Shown piece by piece: positions 45,811 to 55,694 of a stretch of 64,000 bases of DNA (positions within the stretch are counted from its first letter, which is position 1; the number at the start of each line of letters is the position of its first letter). The notes under the pieces were generated by a model. That model was not told where the DNA came from and searched no databases. It worked only from the letters and a program-made list of their open reading frames with translations. The stretch comes from Candidatus Methylomirabilia bacterium (GTDB lineage: Bacteria > Methylomirabilota > Methylomirabilia > Rokubacteriales > CSP1-6). The stretch is taken from assembly GCA_041496385.1 (NCBI GenBank), contig JBGQEL010000003.1, forward strand, positions 1 through 64,000. Reading direction: 5' to 3'. The position numbers were made by a program, and so were the translations under genes.

Positions 45811-47703
45811 ATGCGACGGATGGTCTGGATTGCGTGTATGTCGGCGCTGGCGGTGGCCCCGCCGGTGGCGGCCCAGGAGACGAAAAAGCTGGATCCCGTG
45901 GTCGTGACGGCGACGAAGACGGAGACGCCCGCCGGCCAGCTGGGCGCGAGCGTGAGCGTCGTCACCGAAGATGACTTCAAGACCTACCACTACCCGACCG
46001 TGGACGAGGCGCTGCGCAACGTGCCGGGCGTCGAGATCCGGCGCTCCGGCAGCTTCGGCAAGACGTCGGCGATCACGATCCGCGGCGCCAATACGAAGCA
46101 GGTCCAGGTCCTCGTGGACGGCATGCGCGTGAAGAACCCGACGCTCGGCGAGGTGGATCTGTCGGACATCTCGCCGGACCTGATCGAGCGGATCGAGGTC
46201 ATCCGCGGCCCCCAGTCGACGCTCTACGGCGCCGACGCGATCGGCGGCGTGATCAACATCATCACCAAGAAGGGCAAGGGCCCGTTCTCCGGCTTCGTCT
46301 CGCAGGAGGCGGGCAGCTACGACACCTACGGAACCCGCGCGGGGTTCTCGGGCACGTACGAGATCCTCGACTACGCCTTCGGCGCCTCCCACCGCGAGTC
46401 GAACGGCCACTTCAAGAACGACGACTCGGATGCGAACGCGGTCAACCTCCGTCTCGGCCTCTCGCTCCCGTCCCAGAGCTTCATCGCCTACACGTTCCGG
46501 TACAACCGCAACGAGACCGGGCTCCCGATGAAGTTCCTCTCGTCGAACTTCGGCGCGCTCGCGATCGACCCCGTCATCGACAGCAACAACCGCAACATCA
46601 GCGAGACCTACGTGATGGCGCTCACCGGCAAGACGCGGCCGCTGCGGTGGTGGGAGACGGAGCTGCGGCTCGGCTACTATCACAACACCAGCACGTTCGT
46701 CGACCTGCCCGACATGGCCGAGCAGTGCCCGTTTCCGCCGTGCGAGTTCCCGGGCCGGTTCAAGGTCGAGCGGAAGGAGGCCGAGTGGCTCAACCACTTC
46801 CACGTGGGGACGTGGTCCACGAGCACCTTCGGCGTCGAGCTCCGTGGCGAAGAAGGGCGGAACCTGAGCGCCCCGTTCGATGAGTCGAGCCACACGACCT
46901 CGGGGCTCTTCCAGCAGCAGTTCAGGTTCTTCGACCGACTCTTCATGTCGGCGGGCGTCCGCGTCGAGGACAACAGCATCTTCGGGCGGAACACGACCGA
47001 GCGCGGCTCGCTGGCGTACCTGATCAAGGAGTGGGGCACGAAGATCCGCGGCGGCGCCGGCTCCGGGTTCCGGGCGCCGACCTTCAACGAGCAATTCTTC
47101 CCCGGCTTCTCGGATCCGACGCTCAAGCCCGAGGTGAGCTTCTCGTACGACGTCGGCGTCGACCAGAAGCTCTGGGGCGACCGCGTGCGCCTCGGCCTCA
47201 CGTACTTCCACACGGACTTCGAAAACCTGATCGGCTTCGTGTTCATCCCGACGCCACCGTTCGTGAAGGGCGTGAACTCCGGCAAGGCGCGCTCGGCCGG
47301 CATCGAGTTCACCTCCGAGGTCGATATTCTCGACAACCTGCTGGCGAGCCTCAACTACACGTATACGGACAGCGAGGTGCTGGCCACGCGCCACCCGATC
47401 CCGCGCGAGCCCGCGCACCGCTGGAACATCGGCCTCACCTGGGAACCCATCAAGCGGCTCACGCTCTTCACGCAGGTCCAGGTCTCGACGCAGCAGTGGG
47501 AGCCGAGCGGCAACGTCTACAACGTAGGTCACACGCGCGTCGACGTCGGCGGCACGTACCGGCTCCTCGACCGCCAGGGCTGGCTCCAGTCGCTCGATCT
47601 GACGGCGCGCGTTGAGAACCTCCTGAACGAGGGCTACGCCGAGGTGCGGGGCTTCCCCGCGCTCGGGATCAACGGGCTCGTGGGCCTGCGCGCGGGGTTC
47701 TGA
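45811..47703 (+). CDS. btuB: TonB-dependent cobalamin receptor
   Basis: TonB box DPVVVTAT, IERIEVIRGPQSTLYGADAIGGVINI, terminal Phe; riboswitch upstream. Confidence 0.9.
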   Translation: MRRMVWIACMSALAVAPPVAAQETKKLDPVVVTATKTETPAGQLGASVSVVTEDDFKTYHYPTVDEALRNVPGVEIRRSGSFGKTSAITIRGANTKQVQVLVDGMRVKNPTLGEVDLSDISPDLIERIEVIRGPQSTLYGADAIGGVINIITKKGKGPFSGFVSQEAGSYDTYGTRAGFSGTYEILDYAFGASHRESNGHFKNDDSDANAVNLRLGLSLPSQSFIAYTFRYNRNETGLPMKFLSSNFGALAIDPVIDSNNRNISETYVMALTGKTRPLRWWETELRLGYYHNTSTFVDLPDMAEQCPFPPCEFPGRFKVERKEAEWLNHFHVGTWSTSTFGVELRGEEGRNLSAPFDESSHTTSGLFQQQFRFFDRLFMSAGVRVEDNSIFGRNTTERGSLAYLIKEWGTKIRGGAGSGFRAPTFNEQFFPGFSDPTLKPEVSFSYDVGVDQKLWGDRVRLGLTYFHTDFENLIGFVFIPTPPFVKGVNSGKARSAGIEFTSEVDILDNLLASLNYTYTDSEVLATRHPIPREPAHRWNIGLTWEPIKRLTLFTQVQVSTQQWEPSGNVYNVGHTRVDVGGTYRLLDRQGWLQSLDLTARVENLLNEGYAEVRGFPALGINGLVGLRAGF

Positions 47704-48353
47704 TGGACGGCGTCGAGGTCGCCGTGGACCGGGAGGCCGTGGTGGTGACGGCGGGCGCGCCCCTCGCCGCCGTCTCCTCGGCCGTGGTCGGCGGCGGCCT
47801 CGGCGCGGCGCGCGCGATCGTGAACCTCCACGTGGAGAAGCACGCCGCGCTCGACGATCTCGAGGCGCGGCTCGCGGCCTTCGTCGCGCGGCGCGGCGTG
47901 CCGGCGCCGTGGATCGGCCTGATGACCTCGGCCTGGACCGAGAAGGCCGAGCTCGCCGAAAGCGCGGGCCACGGAATCGCGGCGCTTGCCGTGGTCACCG
48001 TCGGGCTCGGCAACCGCGTGGCCGCGGGCGTCGACGGGGCGGCGGTCTGGGCGCCCTCGACGATCAACGCGATCGTCGTCGTGGACGCCGCACCCGAGCC
48101 CGCGGCGCTCGTGAACGCGGTCATGACGGTCACGGAGGTGAAGACGGCGCTGCTCGCCGCGGCGGGCGTCCGATGCGACGACGGCAGGCCCGCGAGCGGG
48201 ACCTCCACCGACGCGGTCGTGGTGGCGGCGACCGGCCGGGGCCGCGCGTGCCGCTTCGGCGGGCCCGTGAGCGAGCTCGGCTCCGTCGTCGCGCGCGCGG
48301 CGCGGGCGGCGCTCGACGCCGGCATCCACAGGTGGCTCGAGGCGCACCCATGA
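47703..48353 (+). CDS. cbiZ: Adenosylcobinamide amidohydrolase
   Basis: SSAVVGGG, GLMTSA, TVGLGN, TIN, TEVKT, ASGTSTDAV. Confidence 0.85.
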   Translation: MDGVEVAVDREAVVVTAGAPLAAVSSAVVGGGLGAARAIVNLHVEKHAALDDLEARLAAFVARRGVPAPWIGLMTSAWTEKAELAESAGHGIAALAVVTVGLGNRVAAGVDGAAVWAPSTINAIVVVDAAPEPAALVNAVMTVTEVKTALLAAAGVRCDDGRPASGTSTDAVVVAATGRGRACRFGGPVSELGSVVARAARAALDAGIHRWLEAHP

Positions 48354-49213
48354 GGCGCCGGCGGCTCGCGGTGCTCGGCCTATCGCTCGCGCTCCACGTG
48401 GCGGCCCTCGGTGCTGTGCTCGTGGCCGTCGCGCGCGAGACGCGGCTCGGCGCCCTCTTCATCGATCTGGCGCACTGGGTGGAGAGCGAGGCGGCCCGCG
48501 CGATACCGGTCGCCGGCGCGCGCGCGGGCGGCCCGGGGTCCGCGCAGCACGTCGCGCGCGCGCTCGACGCCCCGGTGCGGCGTCGCGCCGCGCCGGCCGA
48601 CGCGCCGGCGCCTTCGCCAACCGCGCCCGCGAGCCCGGCGCCGGCGGAGGCCGCCCCGTCTTCGTCGCCTCCGCTCGCGGTCGAGACGGCGCCGGCGCTG
48701 ATGGCCGCCGCGAAGACGTCCAGCGAGGGCGCCTCGGGGGTCGCGCCGGGCACGGGCGCCGCGGGGGCGACCAGCACGGGAGCGGGCGCCGCGGCTGCGG
48801 CCGGGATCGGAGGGAATCCGGCCCGAGCCGGCGCGCGCGGCGGCGAGGTCGGCTCGGCGCCCGACGTGAGCCGCGGCCTGGCGCTGGTGACGCCGGGCTC
48901 CGGTGGAAGTATCGTCGCCCCAGGCGCGGAGTACGGGCCGTATCTGACCCGCCTGCGCCAGCGCGTGCAGGAGGCGCTCCGGTATCCGCCCGCCGCGCGC
49001 CGCCGGAACGTCCAGGGGGCGGTCGGGCTCGAGATCCTGATCCGCCCCGACGGCACGCTCGGCGCCGTCACCCTCGTCGACTCGTCCGGCCACGCCGTCC
49101 TCGACGAGGCCGCGCTCGAGACGGTGCGGAGCCTGCGCCCCGAGCCGTTCCCGGCGGGCGTGCCCCCGCGTCTGCTGCGCGTGCGCTTGCCGGTGGTTTT
49201 CACGCTCGAGTGA
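48350..49213 (+). CDS. tonB: TonB family energy transducer
   Basis: N-terminal TM with SxxLH, Ala/Pro linker, YPPAARR..QG.V, SSGH..LDEAA. Confidence 0.85.
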   Translation: MRRRRLAVLGLSLALHVAALGAVLVAVARETRLGALFIDLAHWVESEAARAIPVAGARAGGPGSAQHVARALDAPVRRRAAPADAPAPSPTAPASPAPAEAAPSSSPPLAVETAPALMAAAKTSSEGASGVAPGTGAAGATSTGAGAAAAAGIGGNPARAGARGGEVGSAPDVSRGLALVTPGSGGSIVAPGAEYGPYLTRLRQRVQEALRYPPAARRRNVQGAVGLEILIRPDGTLGAVTLVDSSGHAVLDEAALETVRSLRPEPFPAGVPPRLLRVRLPVVFTLE

Positions 49214-49246
49214 GGGCTGAAGAGGGGCGGCGTAGATGCGGGCTCA

Positions 49247-49280
49247 CTTCAGGAAATCTTCAGGCGTGATCCATTACATT
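49247..49280 (+). promoter_or_regulatory. OmpR-type direct-repeat box plus -10
   Basis: CTTCAG-N5-CTTCAG-N11-TACATT. Confidence 0.65.
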
Positions 49281-49310
49281 GGCTGAGACGTGCTATCTTC
49301 ACGCTATCGT

Positions 49311-49359
49311 CCACACCAAAGGGCTGACACTCAGCCAATTCGGGCCGATCGACGTCTCG
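49311..49359 (+). pseudogene. Remnant of a paralog of the 62273 porin gene
   Basis: 43/49 nt identical to 62344-62392; HTKGLTLSQFGPIDVS vs HTKGLTLSRFGLIDVS. Confidence 0.75.
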
Positions 49360-49449
49360 TTCCCGGTGGTGTGAAATGACGCCGGTCCACAAGTTCGGTA
49401 AGGCATGGCCCGGCCGCCAAGTCATCCGCTGGTCGAGGAGGATGGGTTG

Positions 49450-51123
49450 ATGGAGACACGCCCGACCGCGCCCCTGTCCCGCCGAAGTCTGCTCAAGCTG
49501 GGAGGCGCCGCCGCGGCCGCAAGCGTCCTCTGCCTCTGGCACGGCGACAGTGGCGCGGACGGGGTGGATCCACCCCCGAAACCCGTGATGCCGAAGCGCG
49601 GGGGCACCTTCCGCGTGCGCATCAACGAGCCGCCCGCTCACTTCGACCCCCATCAGACCGCCGCCTACCCGACGATGGTGCCCCTGTCGTTCGTGTACAG
49701 TCGCCTAGTCAGGGTCCAGGCGGGCTCGACCGTGGTGCCCGGCACCCAGCCCATCGAGGGCGACCTGGCTGAGTCATGGGACCGCCAGGGGGAAATGGCC
49801 TACGTCTTCAAGCTTCGCCAGGGCATACGATGGCACCCCAAACCCCCGGTCAACGGGCGCGAGCTCACCGCCGCCGACGTCAAGTACACATTCGAGCGCT
49901 TGCTGACCCTGAAGGGCAACGGCAGCCAGGCCATCCTCGAGATGGTGGACAAAGTGGAAGCACCGGACAAGTACACGGTGAAGTTCACGCTCAAAGAACC
50001 CAATGTCTGGTTCGCCGAGCGCCTGGCTTCCACCTCATCCTGGATCGTCGCCAGGGAGTGCGTGGAGAAGCACGGCGACCTCAAGAAGTGGGAGTCGGTG
50101 GTCGGCACGGGTCCCTGGATGCCGGAGCGCTACGAGCCGCCCACCAAGATGAGGTTCGTCCGCAACCCGGACTACTTCCAGCGCGGCTTGCCGTACGTGG
50201 AGGTAGTGGAGCTGACGGTCGACGCCGACCCGGCCTCAGCCTCTGCTGCCTTCGTGGCCGGGAAGTACGATTTCGGCCCGGAGTACGGCATGGTGCTTCG
50301 CCGGAGCGACCTCAGCGTTGCGAAGAAGAAGATCGGCTGGTTCCTGCAGACTCGCGATTTGCTCATTGATTTCGGCGGCCTCGCGACCATGAAGCTCGAT
50401 CAGGATCCGTTCAAGGATGTGCGGGTGCGCCGGGCCATCGCCATGGCTGACAACTGGCACGAGATGCTCGACCAGAATGTCTTGTCAAAGGGCAAGGGGG
50501 CGCCCAACCCGCTCGTCCCCGCCGCTCTCAAGGAGTGGTCGGTGCCCATCGGCAAGCTGCCCCCCGAGGGGCGGAAGCTCTACGAGGCCGATCCGGCGGG
50601 CGCGCGGCAGCTGCTCGCCGAGGCCGGGCACCAAGGCGGTGTCGCGATCCCCGTCGAGACCACGGCGGGCTACGGCCCCGACTGGATGGATGCCGTCAAC
50701 ATCGAGGTGAAAAACTGGAAGGCAGCCGGCGTCCAGGCAGACCTCAAGGTCAAGGACTACAGCGCGTTCATGTCCAGTTCACTCCTGGGGAAGTTCGACA
50801 AGATGCTGCTGACCCAGCGCGATGGCGCCACCGACCCCGATTGGTATTTCACGCCGCTGCTGCCCGGCCATCCCCTCAACTGGTCCGGCATCAACGACCC
50901 CAAGCTCACCGAGATGATCAAGCTTCAGCGCCGCACCGACAAGGAGAAGCAGCGCCGGGAGATCGTCTTCGACATCCAGCGCTATTTCTCCCAGCAGGTC
51001 TACTCCACCTTCGGCGCCTCGGTGAGCGCCGTGGCGGCGTGGCAGCCGGAGGTGAGGGACTTCGGGCCGAACATCGGGCCCGACTACGGCGGGCGGCTCA
51101 TGGCCGCCTGGCTGGACAAGTAG
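49450..51123 (+). CDS. Tat-exported family-5 (peptide/nickel) ABC substrate-binding protein
   Basis: SRRSLLK; GDLAESW, FKLRQGIRWH, GTGPW, PFKDVRVRRAI. Confidence 0.88.
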   Translation: METRPTAPLSRRSLLKLGGAAAAASVLCLWHGDSGADGVDPPPKPVMPKRGGTFRVRINEPPAHFDPHQTAAYPTMVPLSFVYSRLVRVQAGSTVVPGTQPIEGDLAESWDRQGEMAYVFKLRQGIRWHPKPPVNGRELTAADVKYTFERLLTLKGNGSQAILEMVDKVEAPDKYTVKFTLKEPNVWFAERLASTSSWIVARECVEKHGDLKKWESVVGTGPWMPERYEPPTKMRFVRNPDYFQRGLPYVEVVELTVDADPASASAAFVAGKYDFGPEYGMVLRRSDLSVAKKKIGWFLQTRDLLIDFGGLATMKLDQDPFKDVRVRRAIAMADNWHEMLDQNVLSKGKGAPNPLVPAALKEWSVPIGKLPPEGRKLYEADPAGARQLLAEAGHQGGVAIPVETTAGYGPDWMDAVNIEVKNWKAAGVQADLKVKDYSAFMSSSLLGKFDKMLLTQRDGATDPDWYFTPLLPGHPLNWSGINDPKLTEMIKLQRRTDKEKQRREIVFDIQRYFSQQVYSTFGASVSAVAAWQPEVRDFGPNIGPDYGGRLMAAWLDK

Positions 51124-51125
51124 AA

Positions 51126-52250
51126 ACGCGTACGCCGGCGCTCCTGCTCGTCCTCCTCCTGGTCCCCCTCACCGGGACCACTGCCTGGGCCCACGATGAG
51201 CGGTTCTCTGCCTCGAACGTGGAGGTAAGGCAGAAAGAGGTTCTCTGGAGGGTGGACGTGCCGATCGGGGGTCTCACGAAGGTCGTGAAGCTCCCCGACG
51301 ATTTGGCCAAGCTCACCGAAGCCCAGCTCCAGGAGGCGAGTGGCGACATCGTCGCCTACCTGCTCGAGACTCTGAGGGTCGAGATCAACGGCAACTCCGT
51401 GGAAGCCGAGCCCGGAGCGCTGCAGGCGGTCTACGACACCGCCGTGGGGTCCGGAGAGAAATACATCGGCTACGCACGACAGGAGTTGCGGTTCCGTTCG
51501 GCCGCCGAGGTGAAGCAGGTCAAGCTCTCGGCGGCGCTCTTCTTGACCCTCACCAAGAACCACCACACGGCGCTCACCGTGTCGTGGAACGGGGTCCAGA
51601 AACCCTTCTCCCGGTTCGGCCCGTTCGAGCTCGAGCTGACCCCTTCGCGCCTCAACCCGACGTTCTGGAGCACCGCCGGGGAGTTCCTCGTCTGGGGGAT
51701 GTACCACATTTTCATCGGGTACGATCACATCGCGTTCCTTCTGGCGCTGCTCCTGGTGGCGCGCAAGCTGCGCGAGATGCTGAAAGTGGTGACGTCGTTC
51801 ACCGTGGCCCACAGTCTCACGCTGCTGCTGTCGGCGCTGGACGTGATCCGCCTTCCCACGCAGGTGACGGAGTCGCTGATCGCGGCGTCGATCGTCTACG
51901 TGGCCGCGGAGAACTACTTCATCAAGGCGGGCCGTTATCGGTGGGTCCTCACGTTCGGGTTCGGTCTGGTTCACGGGCTGGGCTTCGCCAGCGTGCTGCG
52001 CGAGCGGCTGCAGGACATGCAGAGCATCATCGTGCCTGTCGTGTCGTTCAACCTCGGCGTGGAGCTGGGCCAGATCACGATCCTGCTCGTCGCGCTCCCC
52101 GTGCTGGTCTGGATCCGCAAGGCGCCCGACGAGGCGGCGGTCGAGCGGCGTCAGCGTATGCTGGTCCGGGTGGGCTCGATGCCTATCTTACTATTGGGCT
52201 TGTTTTGGCTCATCGACCGCGTCTTCCGGCTCAATCTCATGCCCTTCTAA
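51126..52250 (+). CDS. HupE/UreJ family membrane protein with N-terminal exported domain; canonical start codon absent
   Basis: HIFIGYDHIAFL, TSFTVAHSLTL, FGLVHGLGFA, FNLGVELGQ; signal peptide begins at ACG 51126. Confidence 0.8.
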   Translation, partial: TRTPALLLVLLLVPLTGTTAWAHDERFSASNVEVRQKEVLWRVDVPIGGLTKVVKLPDDLAKLTEAQLQEASGDIVAYLLETLRVEINGNSVEAEPGALQAVYDTAVGSGEKYIGYARQELRFRSAAEVKQVKLSAALFLTLTKNHHTALTVSWNGVQKPFSRFGPFELELTPSRLNPTFWSTAGEFLVWGMYHIFIGYDHIAFLLALLLVARKLREMLKVVTSFTVAHSLTLLLSALDVIRLPTQVTESLIAASIVYVAAENYFIKAGRYRWVLTFGFGLVHGLGFASVLRERLQDMQSIIVPVVSFNLGVELGQITILLVALPVLVWIRKAPDEAAVERRQRMLVRVGSMPILLLGLFWLIDRVFRLNLMPF

Positions 52251-52523
52251 GGGCCGCTCCCGAAGCCATACGGCGCGAAGGGAGTCACGCGAAGCAATTA
52301 GATGGCCCGTGACGCCGACTCTCTTTCGGCAGATTCTCGGGCGCATCGAGCGACTCGCGTGGTCCCCGGCCTGAGCAGGGTCTCACACAGGGAGCGTGCA
52401 GAATTATGTACGTCGGCAGCCACAGGCGAGGGCGGCGGTGCCTCGCTCGCGCACGCCCGGTGAGCGCCACCTCCCGGCCGTCCGCTGGCGAAACGGGCTC
52501 ATAGCAAGGAGGGCGCCCAGACC

Positions 52524-55430
52524 ATGTCTCGCGCGAAGCGCCGCCGCCAGAGGACGACCGCCGTCGCGCGGACGCCGGTAGGGGACAACCGGTGGCGGAG
52601 GCTTCTCCTCCTTCTGTTCGCGCTGTCCGGCGTGAGCGGCCTGATCTACCAGGTCATCTGGGCCCGCCAGCTCACCCTCGTCTTCGGCTCGACCAGCGCG
52701 GCGATCACCAGCGTGCTCGCCGCGTTCATGCTCGGCCTCGCCCTCGGCAGCCACGCTGCCGGGCGCTGGGCTCGTCGGTGGGGCAACCCGCTGCGTGCGT
52801 ACGGTCTCATCGAGCTCGGGATCGCCGCCTATGCGGCAGCGTTCCCGTTGTTCCTCGAGGTCCTCGCCCTTGTTCACATCCCTCTCTTTCGGCTTTTCGC
52901 GGAGGCCCCGATCGCGCTGGGCCTGGTCCGTGTCATCCTCGTCGCCGGACTCCTGCTCGCGCCCACCATGTTGATGGGCGCCTCGCTCCCGCTGTTGACC
53001 CGCGCCCTGGTGCGCGATGTCTCCCGCTTGGGGCGAGAGGCCGGCACGCTGTACGGGTTCAACGCGCTCGGCGCAGCAGCCGGCGTCTATCTCGCGACGT
53101 TCTTCCTCATTCCGAACGTGGGGCTCACTGGAGGATGGCTCTCGGCCGCGGCGCTCAACGCAGCGGTTGGCGGCGCGGCCCTGTGGGGGGCTCGGCGGTG
53201 GCAGCCCATCCCCGACGTCCCCGACAACGCCGATGCTTCACTCGACACGCCCTGGCAATGGACAGTGATCATCGCCTACGGGTGCTCGGGGCTCGCCGCG
53301 CTGGGGTACGAGGTCGTCTGGACCCGACTTCTTGTCCTTCTCTTCGGCAGCTCGGTGTACGCCTTTGCGGTGATGCTCGCGGGGTTCCTCCTGGGTCTGG
53401 GGCTCGGCGGCCTGGTAGGGGGCTGGCTCGCCGGGCGAGGACGACACCCCGTCGTCCTCGCTGCCGCGCTGCAGGTGATTATCGGCGCCACCGTTCTCGC
53501 GGGCGCGCCCTGGTTCGACCGGCTCCCCAGGCTCTTCCTCGAAGCCTTCCGGGTGACGGGAGGCACCTGGTGGGCGCTGACGACCCTCGAGTTCCTGATG
53601 GCCCTCGGACTGATGATCATTCCTACGACCGCCATGGGCGCGACGTTCCCCTTCGTAGCGCGAATTCTCGGGGCGGAGCACGGGGCGGCGCGCGCGGTTG
53701 GCGACGCCTACGCGGCCAACACGTACGGCGCCATCGTTGGAGCGGCGGCGACCGGCTTCGCGTTGATTCCATGGCTCGGCTTCCGCGGCAGCCTCGTAGC
53801 GCTCGCCTGCCTCAACACGCTGGCCGCATGCCTGCTGCTCGTGAGAGCGACGTCACCGGGCGGCTGGCTGCGCTGGGTGCTCCCGCTGCCCGCAGTGGCT
53901 CTCGCGGCGGTCGTCTCGGCGCTGCCGCCGTGGAGCGCGAAGACGATGGCCAGCGGCGTGTACGTCTACGCCGACCGGTACAGCGCCGGGGGGTTCGAGC
54001 GGCTGCTGGACCCGCAGCGTGTTCTCTTCTACCGGGAGGGCATGACCGCTACCGTCGCTGTGATGGAGGGCCGGTATCGCTTCCTCCGCGTCAACGGCAA
54101 GACCGACGCAGGTGACTCGCCTGATAACCTCACGCAGCACCTGCTCGCCCACGTTCCGCTACTCCTCCATCCCGAGCCGCGATCCGTCCTCGTCGTCGGA
54201 CTGGGGACTGGCATTACGCTCGGAACGACTCTCTTGTATCCGATCGACCGGGCCGATACGGTGGAGATCTCCCCCGAGGTGGTGGAGGCGTCACGCTTCT
54301 TCGTAGAGGCCAACGGCGCGGCGCTGCAGGACCGGCGAACGCGCCTTCACCTCCTCGACGCGCGCACGTGGCTCATGGCCGGCACCACGAAGTACGACGT
54401 GATCATCTCGGAGCCGTCCAACCCCTGGCAGACCGGCAACGCCACACTGTTCACGCTCGAGCACTACCGCCTGACCCGGGCGAGGCTGGCGCCCGGAGGC
54501 GTCTTCTGCCAATGGCTACCGTTCTATCGGATGGACGAGGCCGACTTCGCGGCGGCAATGCGGACATTCCAGACGGTGTTTCCCGACCTGACCGTGTGGT
54601 TCTCCGGTGGCGATGTCCTCCTGGTCGGCTGGACCCGCCCGCCCGCCGTGGACACTCCGAGGTTCCTGGCGCGATCGGCGGATGCCCGGATCACGCGGAG
54701 CCTTCAGGAGACCGGCATACGCGACGGTCCGGCGCTCCTCGGGTTCTTCATGCTGGATCCCGAACGGGTCCGGGAGTTCGCCGGCGTGGGATGGCCGTTG
54801 CACACGGACAACTATCCGCTGCTGGAGTTCTCGGCTCCGAAAACCCTCTACCGCGAGTCTGCGCCTCAGATTCTGAGCCGGCTCCGCCTTCTCGCGGGCC
54901 GCTCCAGCCTCCCGTTGACGGGCGTCCAGGGGCGCGAGCGTGCGTCGATGCTCGAGGCCATCGCCCGCCAGAAGCTTCTCCTGAAGATGCCCGAAGCGGC
55001 GATCACGGCCCTGGAGGAGGCCGAGCGGACCGGGGGCGGGGACCCCTCCGTCCTCCGTCAACTCCAGGGGTTCGCATGGAATGAAGTCGGGATCGCGCGC
55101 GCGCGCGAGGGGAATCGCCACGACGCGGCGGCGGCGTTCGATCGGGCCCTGCTGCGCGTTCCGGACGATCCGCAGATTCACCGCAACCTCGGGCTCCTCG
55201 CGTTGCAGTTCCGGGAGTTCGACCGCGCCGAGCCGCATCTCCGTGACGCGCTACGATTGCGTCCGGGTTACCGCGACGCCCTCGTACCGCTGGCGGCGCT
55301 CCTCGCGACGCAGGAACGCTGGGTGGAGGCGGAGGCGTTGTGGCGCAACATCCTCGAGATCGATCCGGACAACGGTGACGCGCGACGCGGCTTGGCGGCC
55401 GCGGAGCTCGCGCGGACGGGGCGACGTTGA
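52524..55430 (+). CDS. Fused membrane domain / spermidine-synthase-like SAM domain / TPR protein
   Basis: Duplicated SG..GL.Y(Q/E)V.W.R membrane repeats; VGLGTG, VEISPEV, YDVIISEPSNPW; C-terminal TPRs. Confidence 0.85.
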   Translation: MSRAKRRRQRTTAVARTPVGDNRWRRLLLLLFALSGVSGLIYQVIWARQLTLVFGSTSAAITSVLAAFMLGLALGSHAAGRWARRWGNPLRAYGLIELGIAAYAAAFPLFLEVLALVHIPLFRLFAEAPIALGLVRVILVAGLLLAPTMLMGASLPLLTRALVRDVSRLGREAGTLYGFNALGAAAGVYLATFFLIPNVGLTGGWLSAAALNAAVGGAALWGARRWQPIPDVPDNADASLDTPWQWTVIIAYGCSGLAALGYEVVWTRLLVLLFGSSVYAFAVMLAGFLLGLGLGGLVGGWLAGRGRHPVVLAAALQVIIGATVLAGAPWFDRLPRLFLEAFRVTGGTWWALTTLEFLMALGLMIIPTTAMGATFPFVARILGAEHGAARAVGDAYAANTYGAIVGAAATGFALIPWLGFRGSLVALACLNTLAACLLLVRATSPGGWLRWVLPLPAVALAAVVSALPPWSAKTMASGVYVYADRYSAGGFERLLDPQRVLFYREGMTATVAVMEGRYRFLRVNGKTDAGDSPDNLTQHLLAHVPLLLHPEPRSVLVVGLGTGITLGTTLLYPIDRADTVEISPEVVEASRFFVEANGAALQDRRTRLHLLDARTWLMAGTTKYDVIISEPSNPWQTGNATLFTLEHYRLTRARLAPGGVFCQWLPFYRMDEADFAAAMRTFQTVFPDLTVWFSGGDVLLVGWTRPPAVDTPRFLARSADARITRSLQETGIRDGPALLGFFMLDPERVREFAGVGWPLHTDNYPLLEFSAPKTLYRESAPQILSRLRLLAGRSSLPLTGVQGRERASMLEAIARQKLLLKMPEAAITALEEAERTGGGDPSVLRQLQGFAWNEVGIARAREGNRHDAAAAFDRALLRVPDDPQIHRNLGLLALQFREFDRAEPHLRDALRLRPGYRDALVPLAALLATQERWVEAEALWRNILEIDPDNGDARRGLAAAELARTGRR

Positions 55431-55484
55431 CAGAGGGAAGCCCGCCCGAGCATGCCCTAGCTCAAGTCGATCGCAAATGTCAGG

Positions 55485-55694
55485 GCGCTGCGCCACGATG
55501 ATCTGGGCTTCCGCGTCCACCGTAGTCTGCGTGTTGTAGCCCTGGATGAAGCTGTCCGACGTCTTCTGGATCTTCGACTCCGGATCCGTGAAGTTGCGCT
55601 GAGCCTTGTCCGGAGGCTGCGCGTCGTCGGGATCCTTTCCCGCGGCCGTCGCCTCGGCGCGCGCCTCCGCCCCCAGCGCGGCCCGGACCTCGTA
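55485..55694 (-). mobile_element. Internal fragment of an IS1182-family transposase
   Basis: Minus frame ...PPDKAQRNFTDPESKIQKTSDSFIQGYNTQTTVDAEAQIIVA; no start or terminal repeats seen. Confidence 0.75.

Noticed and set aside
52385..52415. gggagcgtgcagaattatgt as an IS terminal inverted repeat
   Set aside because: No matching partner repeat or adjacent transposase found
52524..55430. Canonical spermidine synthase speE
   Set aside because: Large membrane/TPR fusion with GLGTG rather than the GGGDG motif; function not assignable
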